A DNA stretch of 44,375 nucleotides from positions 1 to 44,375 of the forward strand of contig JBKHIT010000040.1 of NCBI GenBank assembly GCA_046538485.1. The letters are read 5' to 3'. Both the position numbers and the translations under genes were made by a program. The DNA is from Candidatus Brocadiia bacterium. Its GTDB lineage: Bacteria; Planctomycetota; Brocadiia; SM23-32. The notes beneath the pieces are model-generated. The model did no database searches. It was not told where the DNA came from and saw nothing but the letters and a program-made list of their open reading frames with translations. This document shows, piece by piece, positions 20,475 to 30,241 of this stretch. Position 1 is the stretch's first letter. Each line of letters opens with the position of its first letter.

Positions 20475-21884
20475 ATGAAAAACAGTACATTGGACAACGG
20501 TTCGCATGGCGGACCCGTCCTCGGCCTCTGCCCCATTGGTAAGTTCGTTTTCAGTCATGAAGATGCCATGCGGTACAAACAACGTATACAGGAAGCGTTG
20601 GAAGGTTGGGGTATCAATTACGTCGACCTGGAAGGGGTGATTGAAGATGGCATGGTGCGGGACAAGTCACATGCAGAGAGAGCTGTTAAGTATTTCCAGC
20701 AGAAGAGCATCGACGGTTTGTTCATGCCGCATTGCAACTTTGGGACGGAACGCGCGGTGGGCATCGTCGGTCGAGATGTTGAGAAACCTGTTCTGTTGTG
20801 GGGGCCACGCGATGAGGCGCCCGAGCCAGACGGGGCTCGGTTGCGCGACAGCCTGTGCGGGCTGATGGCATCCAGCAAGGTTTTGCATAAACTCAACGTG
20901 CCATTCACTTACATCAAAAACTGCCGCATGGACGAACCGGCGTTCAGAGAAGGGGTGACGGATTTTGTGCGCACCGCACATGCGGCTTCGGCCCTGCGAT
21001 CAGGGATCCGGGTGGGACATATCGGCCAGCGCATCGATTTTTTCTGGTCCACCATCATCGATGAGAGCGCGCTGCTTGAAAAATTTGCGGTGGAAGTGGA
21101 ACCTATCGATATGGTGCTTTTCATCAGCGACGTAAAAGATCGGGCGGAGGGTGAAGGAGAGAAGTATGGCGACGAGGTTCAGGAACTGCGACAGGAATGG
21201 GACATTGACGGACTGACTGACGGGGATCTCGCGAATATTCTGGCAGTCAGGGATCAGATGCTGGCAGTAGCCGAGGAGAAGGGGCTGGATGCCATTACCA
21301 TTCAGGACTTTGATTCACTGGTAAAAGAATTCGGTTGTTATTGTCTGCTGGCCAACAGCATGGTCTCGGATTTGCTACCTCTCGCAATGGAATCGGATAT
21401 CCACGGGGCAATCAGTAACGTGCTGGTGTCACGAGTGGCCGGAGGCGAACCAGCTTTCAGCACGGATGTTACTGTCCGACATCCCGACGATGACGACGGA
21501 GTTCTGCTCTGGCATTGTGGTGCGCCGCTTTCCATGGCGGATCCCGAGTGCCGACCAAAACTGGGACAACACTGGATTTTGCCGTCTCCCGTTTCGGGCA
21601 TGACTCACTTCCCCCTGCGCCAGGGGCCGCTCACGGTGGCACGATTCGATGGTGACGGCGGCGATTACAAACTCGCCGTCGGAGAGGGACATTCCATGGA
21701 AGGCCCGGAGACGCAGAACAACTACGTATGGATGAAAGTCGACAACTGGACCAACTGGGAACGCCAACTTATGCAGGGACCGTGGATCCATCACACATCC
21801 ATGACCTATGGTGCCTGCGCTGATGCCCTCGAAGAGATGTGTCGGTATGTGCCCGGACTGGAGGCCGTGCGGCTGGATACATGA
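20475..21884 (+). CDS. L-fucose/L-arabinose isomerase family protein
   Basis: HCNFGTE, LRDSLCG, ESDIHG, LWHCG, GPWIHH motifs. Confidence 0.85.
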   Translation: MKNSTLDNGSHGGPVLGLCPIGKFVFSHEDAMRYKQRIQEALEGWGINYVDLEGVIEDGMVRDKSHAERAVKYFQQKSIDGLFMPHCNFGTERAVGIVGRDVEKPVLLWGPRDEAPEPDGARLRDSLCGLMASSKVLHKLNVPFTYIKNCRMDEPAFREGVTDFVRTAHAASALRSGIRVGHIGQRIDFFWSTIIDESALLEKFAVEVEPIDMVLFISDVKDRAEGEGEKYGDEVQELRQEWDIDGLTDGDLANILAVRDQMLAVAEEKGLDAITIQDFDSLVKEFGCYCLLANSMVSDLLPLAMESDIHGAISNVLVSRVAGGEPAFSTDVTVRHPDDDDGVLLWHCGAPLSMADPECRPKLGQHWILPSPVSGMTHFPLRQGPLTVARFDGDGGDYKLAVGEGHSMEGPETQNNYVWMKVDNWTNWERQLMQGPWIHHTSMTYGACADALEEMCRYVPGLEAVRLDT

Positions 21885-22032
21885 TGGATTGCATCACGTT
21901 TGTCGTTGCCATAATTGATGACTCTATCGGTGTGATAGAAGAGCCGAGGATTTCAACAAGTGGGTCAAGGGCGAAGTTTCTGTTAACGAGCGTTGCCCCC
22001 GAGCAAAGCAGATCCTCACGATAATTTGAATT

Positions 22033-23406
22033 ATGGATGAATCAATGAAACCAAACGTTGTTATTATGTTGATGGATAACCTGGGATACGGAGATCTCGG
22101 GTGTTATGGGTCCGAGCTGCATGACACGCCGAACGTTGATCAGTTGGCGGAGGAAGGTATGCGGCTGACTGACTTTTACAGTGCATCGGGGGTGTGTACG
22201 CCCTCGAGAGCAGCGCTTATGACCGGATGCTATCCGCGGCGCAACAATATGCACTGCAGTGGCGACGGACGTGCTGTGTTGTTTCCGGCAGACGAAAAAG
22301 GGCTTCATACGGATGAGATTACTCTGGCCGATATATTGAAGGGACAGGGCTATTCGACGGCCTGTGTCGGGAAATGGCATCTGGGAGATCAAGATCCGTT
22401 CCTGCCAACGAAACATGGATTTGATGAGTTCTTTGGTTGTCCGTACAGCGAGGATATGCGACCCGATGTGAAGGGGCCACATGTCCCTCCGTTGCCGCTG
22501 ATGCGTGATGAAGACGTTGTGGAGGAAGCCCCGGATATAAATTACCTGACGAAACGCTATACGGAGGAAGCAATCCGTTTTATCCAGGAAAACCAGGACC
22601 ATTCTTTTTTCTTATACGTGCCGTATGCGATGCCCGGCAGCGACGCCACCCCCTTCGCCAGCCCTGAATTCCGAGGACAATCGGATAATGGTATTTACGG
22701 TGATTGTGTGGAGGAGCTTGATTGGTCGGCGGGTCGTATTATGCAGACTCTTGCAGATTTGGGACTCGACGAGGACACGATCGTCATCTGGACGTCCGAC
22801 AATGGTGCCGTCGAACATCATCCACCACAGGGTAGCAATGCGCCGCTCAAAGGGTGGGGATACGACACATCGGAAGGAGGCCAGCGCATGCCCTGTATTG
22901 TTCGCTGGTCGGGAAATATACCAAGCGGAGTCGTCAGCAACGAGGTCGTTACGATGATGGATATCCTTCCCACTATATCGGCGATTGCCGGTGCCGCTCC
23001 TCCATCTGATCGAATCATAGATGGTTACGACGTGGGTGATCTCCTGTCTGGGGATGCGAACGCTGTCTCTCCTTACGATTCCAGTGGATTTTTCTACTAT
23101 CACATCGGGCAGTTACAAGCGGTGCGTCAGGATCAGTGGAAACTATATCTCCCTCTCGATAATAAAATCACTCACCTCAGGGCTAATTACGATGACGGAG
23201 AACAGGTGGACGCGGAACTGTATAATCTTCGCAAAGATATCCGCGAAGAACACGATGTGGCGGAAGAACATCCGGAAGTCGTGCATCGGTTGATGAGCCT
23301 GGCTGATGCCATACGCGACGACATCGGAGATTGGGACCGAGAGGGCCGCAATCAGCGTCCAGCCGGGTATGTGAGTAACCCTGAACCCCAAACGTTGTCC
23401 CCTTAA
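22033..23406 (+). CDS. Sulfatase (arylsulfatase A-like)
   Basis: PNVVIMLMDNLG, CTPSRAALMTG, GKWHLG, TSDNG; no signal peptide evident. Confidence 0.93.
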   Translation: MDESMKPNVVIMLMDNLGYGDLGCYGSELHDTPNVDQLAEEGMRLTDFYSASGVCTPSRAALMTGCYPRRNNMHCSGDGRAVLFPADEKGLHTDEITLADILKGQGYSTACVGKWHLGDQDPFLPTKHGFDEFFGCPYSEDMRPDVKGPHVPPLPLMRDEDVVEEAPDINYLTKRYTEEAIRFIQENQDHSFFLYVPYAMPGSDATPFASPEFRGQSDNGIYGDCVEELDWSAGRIMQTLADLGLDEDTIVIWTSDNGAVEHHPPQGSNAPLKGWGYDTSEGGQRMPCIVRWSGNIPSGVVSNEVVTMMDILPTISAIAGAAPPSDRIIDGYDVGDLLSGDANAVSPYDSSGFFYYHIGQLQAVRQDQWKLYLPLDNKITHLRANYDDGEQVDAELYNLRKDIREEHDVAEEHPEVVHRLMSLADAIRDDIGDWDREGRNQRPAGYVSNPEPQTLSP

Positions 23407-23516
23407 TAGTGATCCTGTCGACATCAACATACCGACGTTGTTAGTTTAATAGATAAACTCTGGAATCGACAAATTGTTTTTCATATCGGCGACAATGACT
23501 TTTTGAAAGGGTCGAA

Positions 23517-25028
23517 ATGACTGTAAACAGCAAATTTCTGATTGGTTGGAGTTCCACTGATATTACGCCCGAAGAACCGATTGTGCTGCGAGGACAGTTC
23601 CACGCCCGGGTATCAGAAGGTGTGAATGATCCCGTAACGGCGACGGTCCTTGCGCTGGAATCACAGGATACGGACAGTGCCAATGCTACGATACTGGTCA
23701 GTTGTGATTTGGTAGGCATTCCCGATTGTCTGCGGGATTCCGTTCGAGAACAGGTCGGAAAACAGCTACCAGAGCTGGATGTTTCCCGCATTATTCTCAG
23801 TGCCACGCATACTCATACCGGCCCCGAATTGTCCGCAACCAATGATACGATTCGGCCCGGAAGACCGTCCACTATCTCGGATCTTTACGGCGTTGAGCTT
23901 CCTGTTATGGAGCCTCAGGAGTATACCGACCGCATCGTTCAGCGCATAACGCGAGCAGTGGTTTCGGCCTGGAATGCGCGGCGGCCCGGGAAAGTTGGGT
24001 TCGGATTGGCACATGCGGTCGTGGGACACAACAGACGTGTCACGTATTCCGATGGCAAAAGCAGGATGTATGGTAATATTAACGATCCTGAGTTCAGACA
24101 TGTGGAGGGGTATGAAGATCACAGCGTCAACCTGCTCGGGACCTGGAACACAGACGGTAAACTCACAGGTCTGGTGGTCAATGTGGCCTGTCCGTCACAG
24201 GTCAGTGAAAACGAATACCAGATAAGTGCCGATTACTGGCATGAGACTCGGGAAGAACTGCGTTCAAGGCTCGGCGACGACGTCCATGTATTGGCCCAGT
24301 GTTCTGCTGCTGGAGATCAGTCGCCCCATCTTGTTGGAAATCAGGAACGCAATGCGGACAACGTGGCGGGTGAGGAGAATGCCGAGGTGCGCATGTGGCG
24401 ACTGGCCGAACACACCCAGCGCGAGGAGATAGCTCAACGCATTGCTGATGCCACTGAGGGGGGGCTTCCGCTGATGGAGAAAGAACGCGAATCTGATCCC
24501 GTGTTTGAACATGTGGTGGAGAATGTGCAGCTGACACGATCACAGATCACCCCGGCCGATGTTGAAGAGGCAAGAAGGGGGGCGGAGGAATGGAAAGAAA
24601 AGCTTGGAAAACTGAAAAACGAGCTAAAGGAAAACCCCGGAGAACGAAACGAGCCGCGGTGGTATGTGCCCATTACCCGAGCATACCGGAAAGTGAAATG
24701 GTTTGAAGGCGTCGAAAAGCGCTACAACATTAAAGAAAAAGAACCGAAGATTCCGGTTGAGGCCCATGTTGTTCGGATTGGTGATATGGTTTTTTCGACC
24801 AATCCATTTGAATACTATCTGGATTTTGGACTGCGCATGCAGGCCCGCAGCAGAGCCACGCAGACTTTTACCGTACAGCTTGCGGGCTCGGGGACGTATG
24901 TCCCGACCGAAAAAGCGGCGGCCAGCGGCAGTTATGGAGCCGTGCCAGCCAGTACGACGGTCGGACCGCAGGGCGGGCGTGAACTGGTGGAATGGTCTGT
25001 TGAGACAATTAATTCCATGTGGAAATAA
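23517..25028 (+). CDS. Neutral/alkaline ceramidase N-terminal-domain-like hydrolase
   Basis: DITP, DPVTATVLAL, VSCDL, ATHTHTGP, GHNRR, ISADY, GTYVPT. Confidence 0.7.
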   Translation: MTVNSKFLIGWSSTDITPEEPIVLRGQFHARVSEGVNDPVTATVLALESQDTDSANATILVSCDLVGIPDCLRDSVREQVGKQLPELDVSRIILSATHTHTGPELSATNDTIRPGRPSTISDLYGVELPVMEPQEYTDRIVQRITRAVVSAWNARRPGKVGFGLAHAVVGHNRRVTYSDGKSRMYGNINDPEFRHVEGYEDHSVNLLGTWNTDGKLTGLVVNVACPSQVSENEYQISADYWHETREELRSRLGDDVHVLAQCSAAGDQSPHLVGNQERNADNVAGEENAEVRMWRLAEHTQREEIAQRIADATEGGLPLMEKERESDPVFEHVVENVQLTRSQITPADVEEARRGAEEWKEKLGKLKNELKENPGERNEPRWYVPITRAYRKVKWFEGVEKRYNIKEKEPKIPVEAHVVRIGDMVFSTNPFEYYLDFGLRMQARSRATQTFTVQLAGSGTYVPTEKAAASGSYGAVPASTTVGPQGGRELVEWSVETINSMWK

Positions 25029-25075
25029 GTGAAGAAAGGTCAAAATGTGAAGTCGATTGAGGTTACACGGAACGG

Positions 25076-25130
25076 CCGGGCGCAAATTCCTTAAGTTTCT
25101 TTCGGAAAAGTCGTTAAAGGTTGTTGTAAC
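25076..25130 (+). repeat. 55-bp dispersed repeat, copy A
   Basis: 51/55 identical to the reverse complement of 34296-34350. Confidence 0.9.
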
Positions 25131-25157
25131 GTTTCATCATTCTGAGAGGTGAAAAAC

Positions 25158-26495
25158 ATGAAAGCTGGTGCTGCGTCAATCACGATTAACAACGACATTG
25201 GAACGCTCATTCAAGGAGCGGGTGATCCGGATCAACGAGTTGAGGAAATTCGTGACGATCTGGAGGCCAATGCACTGTATCTGACGGACGGCACGACGGA
25301 GATCCTGTTCGTCAGTTGCGACCTGGTCGGACTGGAAACAGAACGGGTGCGTCGCTACAAAAATGCCATGGCGGACAGGGCCGATATCCCTTCAGATTCC
25401 ATCATTATCGGATGCAGCCATACTCATGCGGGCCCCGTGGTGTCTCACACCAATTACAGCAAGCCGGTGGATGAGGATTATTCACAACGGTTGAAAAAAC
25501 GCCTCTGTGATGTGGCAATGGATGCCGTTAGCTCCGCGTCGCCGGCCCGTATCGGCTGGGGCACGGGACACGCCCGGTTGGGCTACAATCGTCGCGTCTG
25601 TTATGCCAATGGCACACATACGATGTATCGGGAAGGCGGGCGCGACGACGAGTTTACGGGTTTGGAGGGACCCGACGATACGGAATGCCTTGCGCTGGCG
25701 GCCTTTGATGAGGAGGGGAAAATCAAAGCGGTATTGCATCACGGCACGGGACATCCTGCGAGTTTTTATGGGGGCAATGTGCTTTCTGCAGACTTCCCCG
25801 GTGTGGCGCGGCAGCTGGTTCGGGAATCTTATGGCAAAGTTCCGGTTCTGTTTTTTAACGGTTCGGAAGGGGATATCGCCATGAGACAACAGGAGCATCC
25901 TCAGGTGACCCCCGATAACCGGGAAGCGCAGATTACCCGATTCGGGAGCGCACTGGCCGGTGAAACATTGCGGATAATCCACGAAATGCAACCGCAGGAT
26001 GACATGGTGATCTTCCATTGTCGTCGTGAACATGAATACCCGGTTCGGCAACCAAAAGAGGAGGTGGTTGAAGAGGGGAGAAAGGTGCTGGAACGGATCG
26101 ATAACGGAGCAGATGTGCGGGGTAAAGAGGCGATTTTCGCCTGGGGACCGGTGAGCCTGGTGGAAAAATATGGTGAAGACGGGACCGACCAACTGGCGTT
26201 TCACGTCGTCATTATTGGAGATCTTGTCATAGCCACTCATCCGTGTGAACTTTTCTGCCAGTACCAGCTCGATATCAAACGACGCAGGCCGGCTTCTCAA
26301 ACATTCGTTTTTGGAATCACCGATGGTGGTGGAGGCTATGTGCCCACACTCTCGGGAGCTATCGGCGGTGGATATTCCGGGACGCCTTTCGCCTGGGCGC
26401 GTTTTTCCCCTGAGGTAGGTTGTCAGCTTGTTGATGAGATTGCTGCTATGGCATATAAGTTGTGGTCGAAATCAAGGAAGGAAAACGACGTATGA
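25158..26495 (+). CDS. Neutral/alkaline ceramidase N-terminal-domain-like hydrolase
   Basis: RDDLEANAL, VSCDL, CSHTHAGP, GYNRR, LSADFPG, GGYVPT. Confidence 0.7.
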   Translation: MKAGAASITINNDIGTLIQGAGDPDQRVEEIRDDLEANALYLTDGTTEILFVSCDLVGLETERVRRYKNAMADRADIPSDSIIIGCSHTHAGPVVSHTNYSKPVDEDYSQRLKKRLCDVAMDAVSSASPARIGWGTGHARLGYNRRVCYANGTHTMYREGGRDDEFTGLEGPDDTECLALAAFDEEGKIKAVLHHGTGHPASFYGGNVLSADFPGVARQLVRESYGKVPVLFFNGSEGDIAMRQQEHPQVTPDNREAQITRFGSALAGETLRIIHEMQPQDDMVIFHCRREHEYPVRQPKEEVVEEGRKVLERIDNGADVRGKEAIFAWGPVSLVEKYGEDGTDQLAFHVVIIGDLVIATHPCELFCQYQLDIKRRRPASQTFVFGITDGGGGYVPTLSGAIGGGYSGTPFAWARFSPEVGCQLVDEIAAMAYKLWSKSRKENDV

Positions 26496-27898
26496 AAATG
26501 TCAGAGTTCCCCAATGTTGTGCTGATCCATACGGAACATCACCGAAGTGATAGTCTGAGCTGCGAGGACCATCCGGTTCTGTTAACACCCAACATGGATA
26601 CCATCGGCTACCAGGGCGCTCGGTTCCGGCGATTCTATACCGCCTGCCCGTCCTGTATTGCGACTCGCCGTTGTATTTTGAGCGGCCAACTGCCCCAGAC
26701 TCATGGGATGGTGGGATACAAATCCGGCGTGGAGTGGAGTGATGTCCCAACCCTGCCGGGTGTGTTGCGTGAGCATGGATACCAGACGGTCCATATCGGC
26801 CGCGACATGCATCAGTACCCACGCCGCAAGGGCTACGGTTTCGAATGGATGGAAACGCAGCAGGACTATCGTGACTGGTTGCGGGAGGAGAGCCCCCGAC
26901 ATGGCATTGATGACTGGTTCAGTGGTGGTGTGATGCACAATGACTGGACGGTGCATCCGTGGCATCTGGATGAGGGACTGCACCAGACCAACTGGAGCGT
27001 CGAGCGGGCCCTGCGGTTTATGGAGAAACGAGATCCCTCTCGTCCTTTTTTCCTATCTCTGGGTTTTATCTCGGCTCACCCGCCGTATCAACCGCCACCG
27101 TTTTATCTGCAACGCTATCTGCGCACCGGAGTGCCCGATCCCTATATTGGTGATTGGGCGGAAGGTCCTGATCCCGCCGAAAGGGGGCGGGAAAATTATG
27201 TTTCCACCCACCACATCGATCTTTCCGATGAAGCCCTGCTCTCCATGCGGGCTGCTTATTATGGGTTGCTGAATCACGTCGATGATCAACTGCGTCGTCT
27301 GATCAATCCCGTGCAAGGACTGCGACACCGTGATGACACAATTTTCATCTTTACCAGCGATCACGGCGAAATGCTGGGCGATCACTATCGGCTGCGTAAA
27401 AAAGTCGCCTACGAGGGTTCCGCTCACGTTCCGTTTCTGGTCAGTGCCCCGCCGCAATACAACATCGATAAAGGCCACGTCTCCGATGCTCTGGCCACCC
27501 ATGCGGATATCATGCCGACGCTCCTGGATATGGTGGGAGTCAGCATTCCCGAGAGCGTGGACGGTCGGAGCCTTTATCTTCACATGCGGGGAGAGGAACC
27601 CACGCAGTGGCGAGATGATTTACATATTGAACACGCGCCCAGTAATCAGTGTATGACCGATGGGCAGGAAAAATATATGTGGAATCCTGCCAGTGGCCAG
27701 GAACAACTCTTCGACCTGACGGAGGATCCCCATGAACTGCATGATCTGGCGGAGGATTCGGATTACGCCGAACGCCTCGAGTACTGGCGAAAACGTCTCA
27801 TCGATCAACTGCGTGACCGGCCGGAAGGGTTTGTGGAAGACGACCAACTTGTGGCGGGTAAATCATTCGGGCATGTGATCCCCGGGACGAACGAGTGA
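26492..27898 (+). CDS. Sulfatase with CxAxR motif
   Basis: PNVVLIHTEHHR, TPNMD, CIATR, FTSDHGEMLG, YEGSAHVP; ATGA overlap with the upstream gene. Confidence 0.9.
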   Translation: MKMSEFPNVVLIHTEHHRSDSLSCEDHPVLLTPNMDTIGYQGARFRRFYTACPSCIATRRCILSGQLPQTHGMVGYKSGVEWSDVPTLPGVLREHGYQTVHIGRDMHQYPRRKGYGFEWMETQQDYRDWLREESPRHGIDDWFSGGVMHNDWTVHPWHLDEGLHQTNWSVERALRFMEKRDPSRPFFLSLGFISAHPPYQPPPFYLQRYLRTGVPDPYIGDWAEGPDPAERGRENYVSTHHIDLSDEALLSMRAAYYGLLNHVDDQLRRLINPVQGLRHRDDTIFIFTSDHGEMLGDHYRLRKKVAYEGSAHVPFLVSAPPQYNIDKGHVSDALATHADIMPTLLDMVGVSIPESVDGRSLYLHMRGEEPTQWRDDLHIEHAPSNQCMTDGQEKYMWNPASGQEQLFDLTEDPHELHDLAEDSDYAERLEYWRKRLIDQLRDRPEGFVEDDQLVAGKSFGHVIPGTNE

Positions 27899-28055
27899 GT
27901 GAGTGATAAGGCGGCCTGATCGAGAAGGCGCTAAAAAAACGGCGCATAAAATATGACAACTTATAATCAGTGATCAGCAACGAGGCGAACGCTACGATGA
28001 GAAACAATTGGTTTTCGGTAGCGGTATTTTTACTCCCGAAGGGACGGCCTCATAC

Positions 28056-28307
28056 TAGCCCAGGATGGAGGGCAGTGAAGGAGCACGGCCTCGTGGGTAA
28101 AAGGAGAAATGAATAGATTAATGAGCTGGAAGCTCGCATGCGTTTAGCCTGCCCTACATCAGCCGTCCACGCCCACAATGTCATTGCGAGGCGTTCCGCG
28201 CAACGGGACGCCGCGGCAATCTCGCTGTTGCGCTGAAAAAACGACGAGATTGCTTCGCCCATCTCGCGATGGGCTCGCAATGACCATGAAGCGGCATCTC
28301 TGGGCTA
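28056..28307. mobile_element. MITE-like element with terminal inverted repeats
   Basis: TAGCCCAG-GATG ... CATCTCTGGGCTA ends; intergenic; no credible ORF. Confidence 0.5.
28180..28284. repeat. Cloverleaf palindromic element (GTCATTGCGAG...CTCGCAATGAC type)
   Basis: 11-bp closing stem with three internal stems: GGCGTTCCG/CGGGACGCC, GCAATCTCG/CGAGATTGC, GCCCATC/GATGGGC. Confidence 0.8.
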
Positions 28308-28357
28308 AACACGTACGAAAGCTCATTTCAGCATTCTAACAAAAGAGGAGTGAAGAG

Positions 28358-29821
28358 ATGTCAGACAGGCCCAACATTATCATTTTCAACCCGGACTCCT
28401 ATCGGGGTGATGTGCTGGCACACCTGGACAACCCCGGTGCACATACCCCGAATCTGGACGCGCTTGTTCGTAATGGTGGGGTCTCCTATGCCAATGCATT
28501 TTCTCAGAATCCCGTGTGCACGCCGAGCCGATGTTCCTTCATGACGGGTTGGTATCCCCATGTCCATGGTCATCGCTCGATGAAAAACATGCTGGACGAA
28601 CACCAACCCCATCTTCTGTCCGTGTTGCGGGATCAAGGGTATTACGTATGGTGGGGCGGCAAAAATGATCTGGTGGCTGTCGAGGAGAGATCGGATTACC
28701 TGAAGCATTGTGACACCAAATACAGGCCTGATGACTGTGCGACGGAGTATCATGTGCCCGAGGAATTGCCCGATGACAACCCGTTACGGGGAGTTTTTTA
28801 CGATGGAGTGATGACGAAAGATGGTGACGGCTCCGTTTACCATGACGGAGATGCGGGACATGTGGACGGGGCGGTTGATTTTATTAATCGTTTCAACGAC
28901 GAACAGCCTGTCTGTCTGTATCTTCCCCTGGGGTTGCCCCATCCGGCATACAGGGTTGAGAAGGAGTTTTACGATCTTATTGACCCGAATCGGTTGCCGG
29001 AACGATACCCGACGCCGGAGAATGATCTGGATTCTCTCAATGATCTTCGCGAGGCATATGGGGCGCCGCGAGTGAGCGAAGAACAATGGGTGGAGTTGCG
29101 CAGGGTCTACTATGCCATGTGTGCAAAAGCTGACCACCTGTTTGGTCGGGTACTGGAGGCCTTGCGGCGGAATGACATGTATGAAGACGCTCTGATCATA
29201 TTTTTGTCCGATCACGGTGATTTTGCCGGCGATTATTCCCTGCCGGAGAAAACGCACATGTCGTTGCAGGACGCGCTTATCCAGTGTCCGTTTATCATTA
29301 AACCACCTGCATCGTTCCGGGCGGCCAGCGGACTGCGCAATCATTTGACTGAACTGGTGGATATGACGGCGACGGTTTATGACTTACTGAATATCGATCC
29401 GGGATATGATTCGTTTGGACTGAGTCTCCTGGATAGTTTGCGGGGAGATGACAGTGAGATACGCGAGGCGGTTTTCGCGGAGGTGGGCGCACGGAAGGGG
29501 GAAGAAGCATTCAAGAACAAGGATGTGAAAGGTATGCCACCGGAGTCGTTTTATTCGGTGCAGTCAAGCGTAGCTCTGCCGGTCCACGAAGCCGGATCAT
29601 ACGCCGTATCATGTCGGACGCACGATCATAAATACGTGCATCGACCCTATTCGGGGGATCATGAATTGTTTGATCTGAACGCAGATCCGGGAGAGTTGCA
29701 GAATGTATGCGGGAGGGCCGAATACAAAGAGGTAGAGCAGGAAATGGAACGAAGGTTACTCGATTTTTTCGCCACAACGGCCGATGTGTTACCCCGGGAA
29801 CAAGATTCTCGTCGAATATAG
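28358..29821 (+). CDS. Sulfatase (choline-sulfatase-like)
   Basis: PNIIIFNPD, TPNLD, CTPSRCSFMTG, FLSDHGD; RBS GAGGAG. Confidence 0.92.
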   Translation: MSDRPNIIIFNPDSYRGDVLAHLDNPGAHTPNLDALVRNGGVSYANAFSQNPVCTPSRCSFMTGWYPHVHGHRSMKNMLDEHQPHLLSVLRDQGYYVWWGGKNDLVAVEERSDYLKHCDTKYRPDDCATEYHVPEELPDDNPLRGVFYDGVMTKDGDGSVYHDGDAGHVDGAVDFINRFNDEQPVCLYLPLGLPHPAYRVEKEFYDLIDPNRLPERYPTPENDLDSLNDLREAYGAPRVSEEQWVELRRVYYAMCAKADHLFGRVLEALRRNDMYEDALIIFLSDHGDFAGDYSLPEKTHMSLQDALIQCPFIIKPPASFRAASGLRNHLTELVDMTATVYDLLNIDPGYDSFGLSLLDSLRGDDSEIREAVFAEVGARKGEEAFKNKDVKGMPPESFYSVQSSVALPVHEAGSYAVSCRTHDHKYVHRPYSGDHELFDLNADPGELQNVCGRAEYKEVEQEMERRLLDFFATTADVLPREQDSRRI

Positions 29822-30077
29822 CCCGCTTTTCTGAAGCGGCGTCAGCGCTGTAGCTGCGCGGAAGCCAAACGCAGCACGAGGACCGCACCACAGCGAAGCG
29901 AGAAGCGTCCACAGTTAGCGGAGAGACGCTCCCCGTCAGGGTAAATGTCTTTTTTGTTTTCTCAGACGCGCGAGTACACGGGGCGTACAAAAAGACCCCC
30001 TGCATGTTTCCCACAAAACTTTCATGAGCAAAAACTTATAATAATTATCGGCTTAAATTCATGAAATGTCCGGGCTA
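29819..30077. mobile_element. MITE-like element with terminal inverted repeats
   Basis: TAGCCCG...CGGGCTA ends, 259 bp; the left end overlaps the sulfatase TAG stop. Confidence 0.5.
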
Positions 30078-30241
30078 TCCGCTCTTGTTTGTTCCCGCGC
30101 CGATACAGACGGGCCAATTTTTCCGGCGAAGAACCGAGGAGATGGCCGATTTGCATAGTCTGTTTTTTTGGTGCTTTCGGGGAGGTTCACTTTGAGGCTA
30201 TGGGTCGTACAGGTTTTTAGAAGTCCTGTGGGTAGCGGTCG

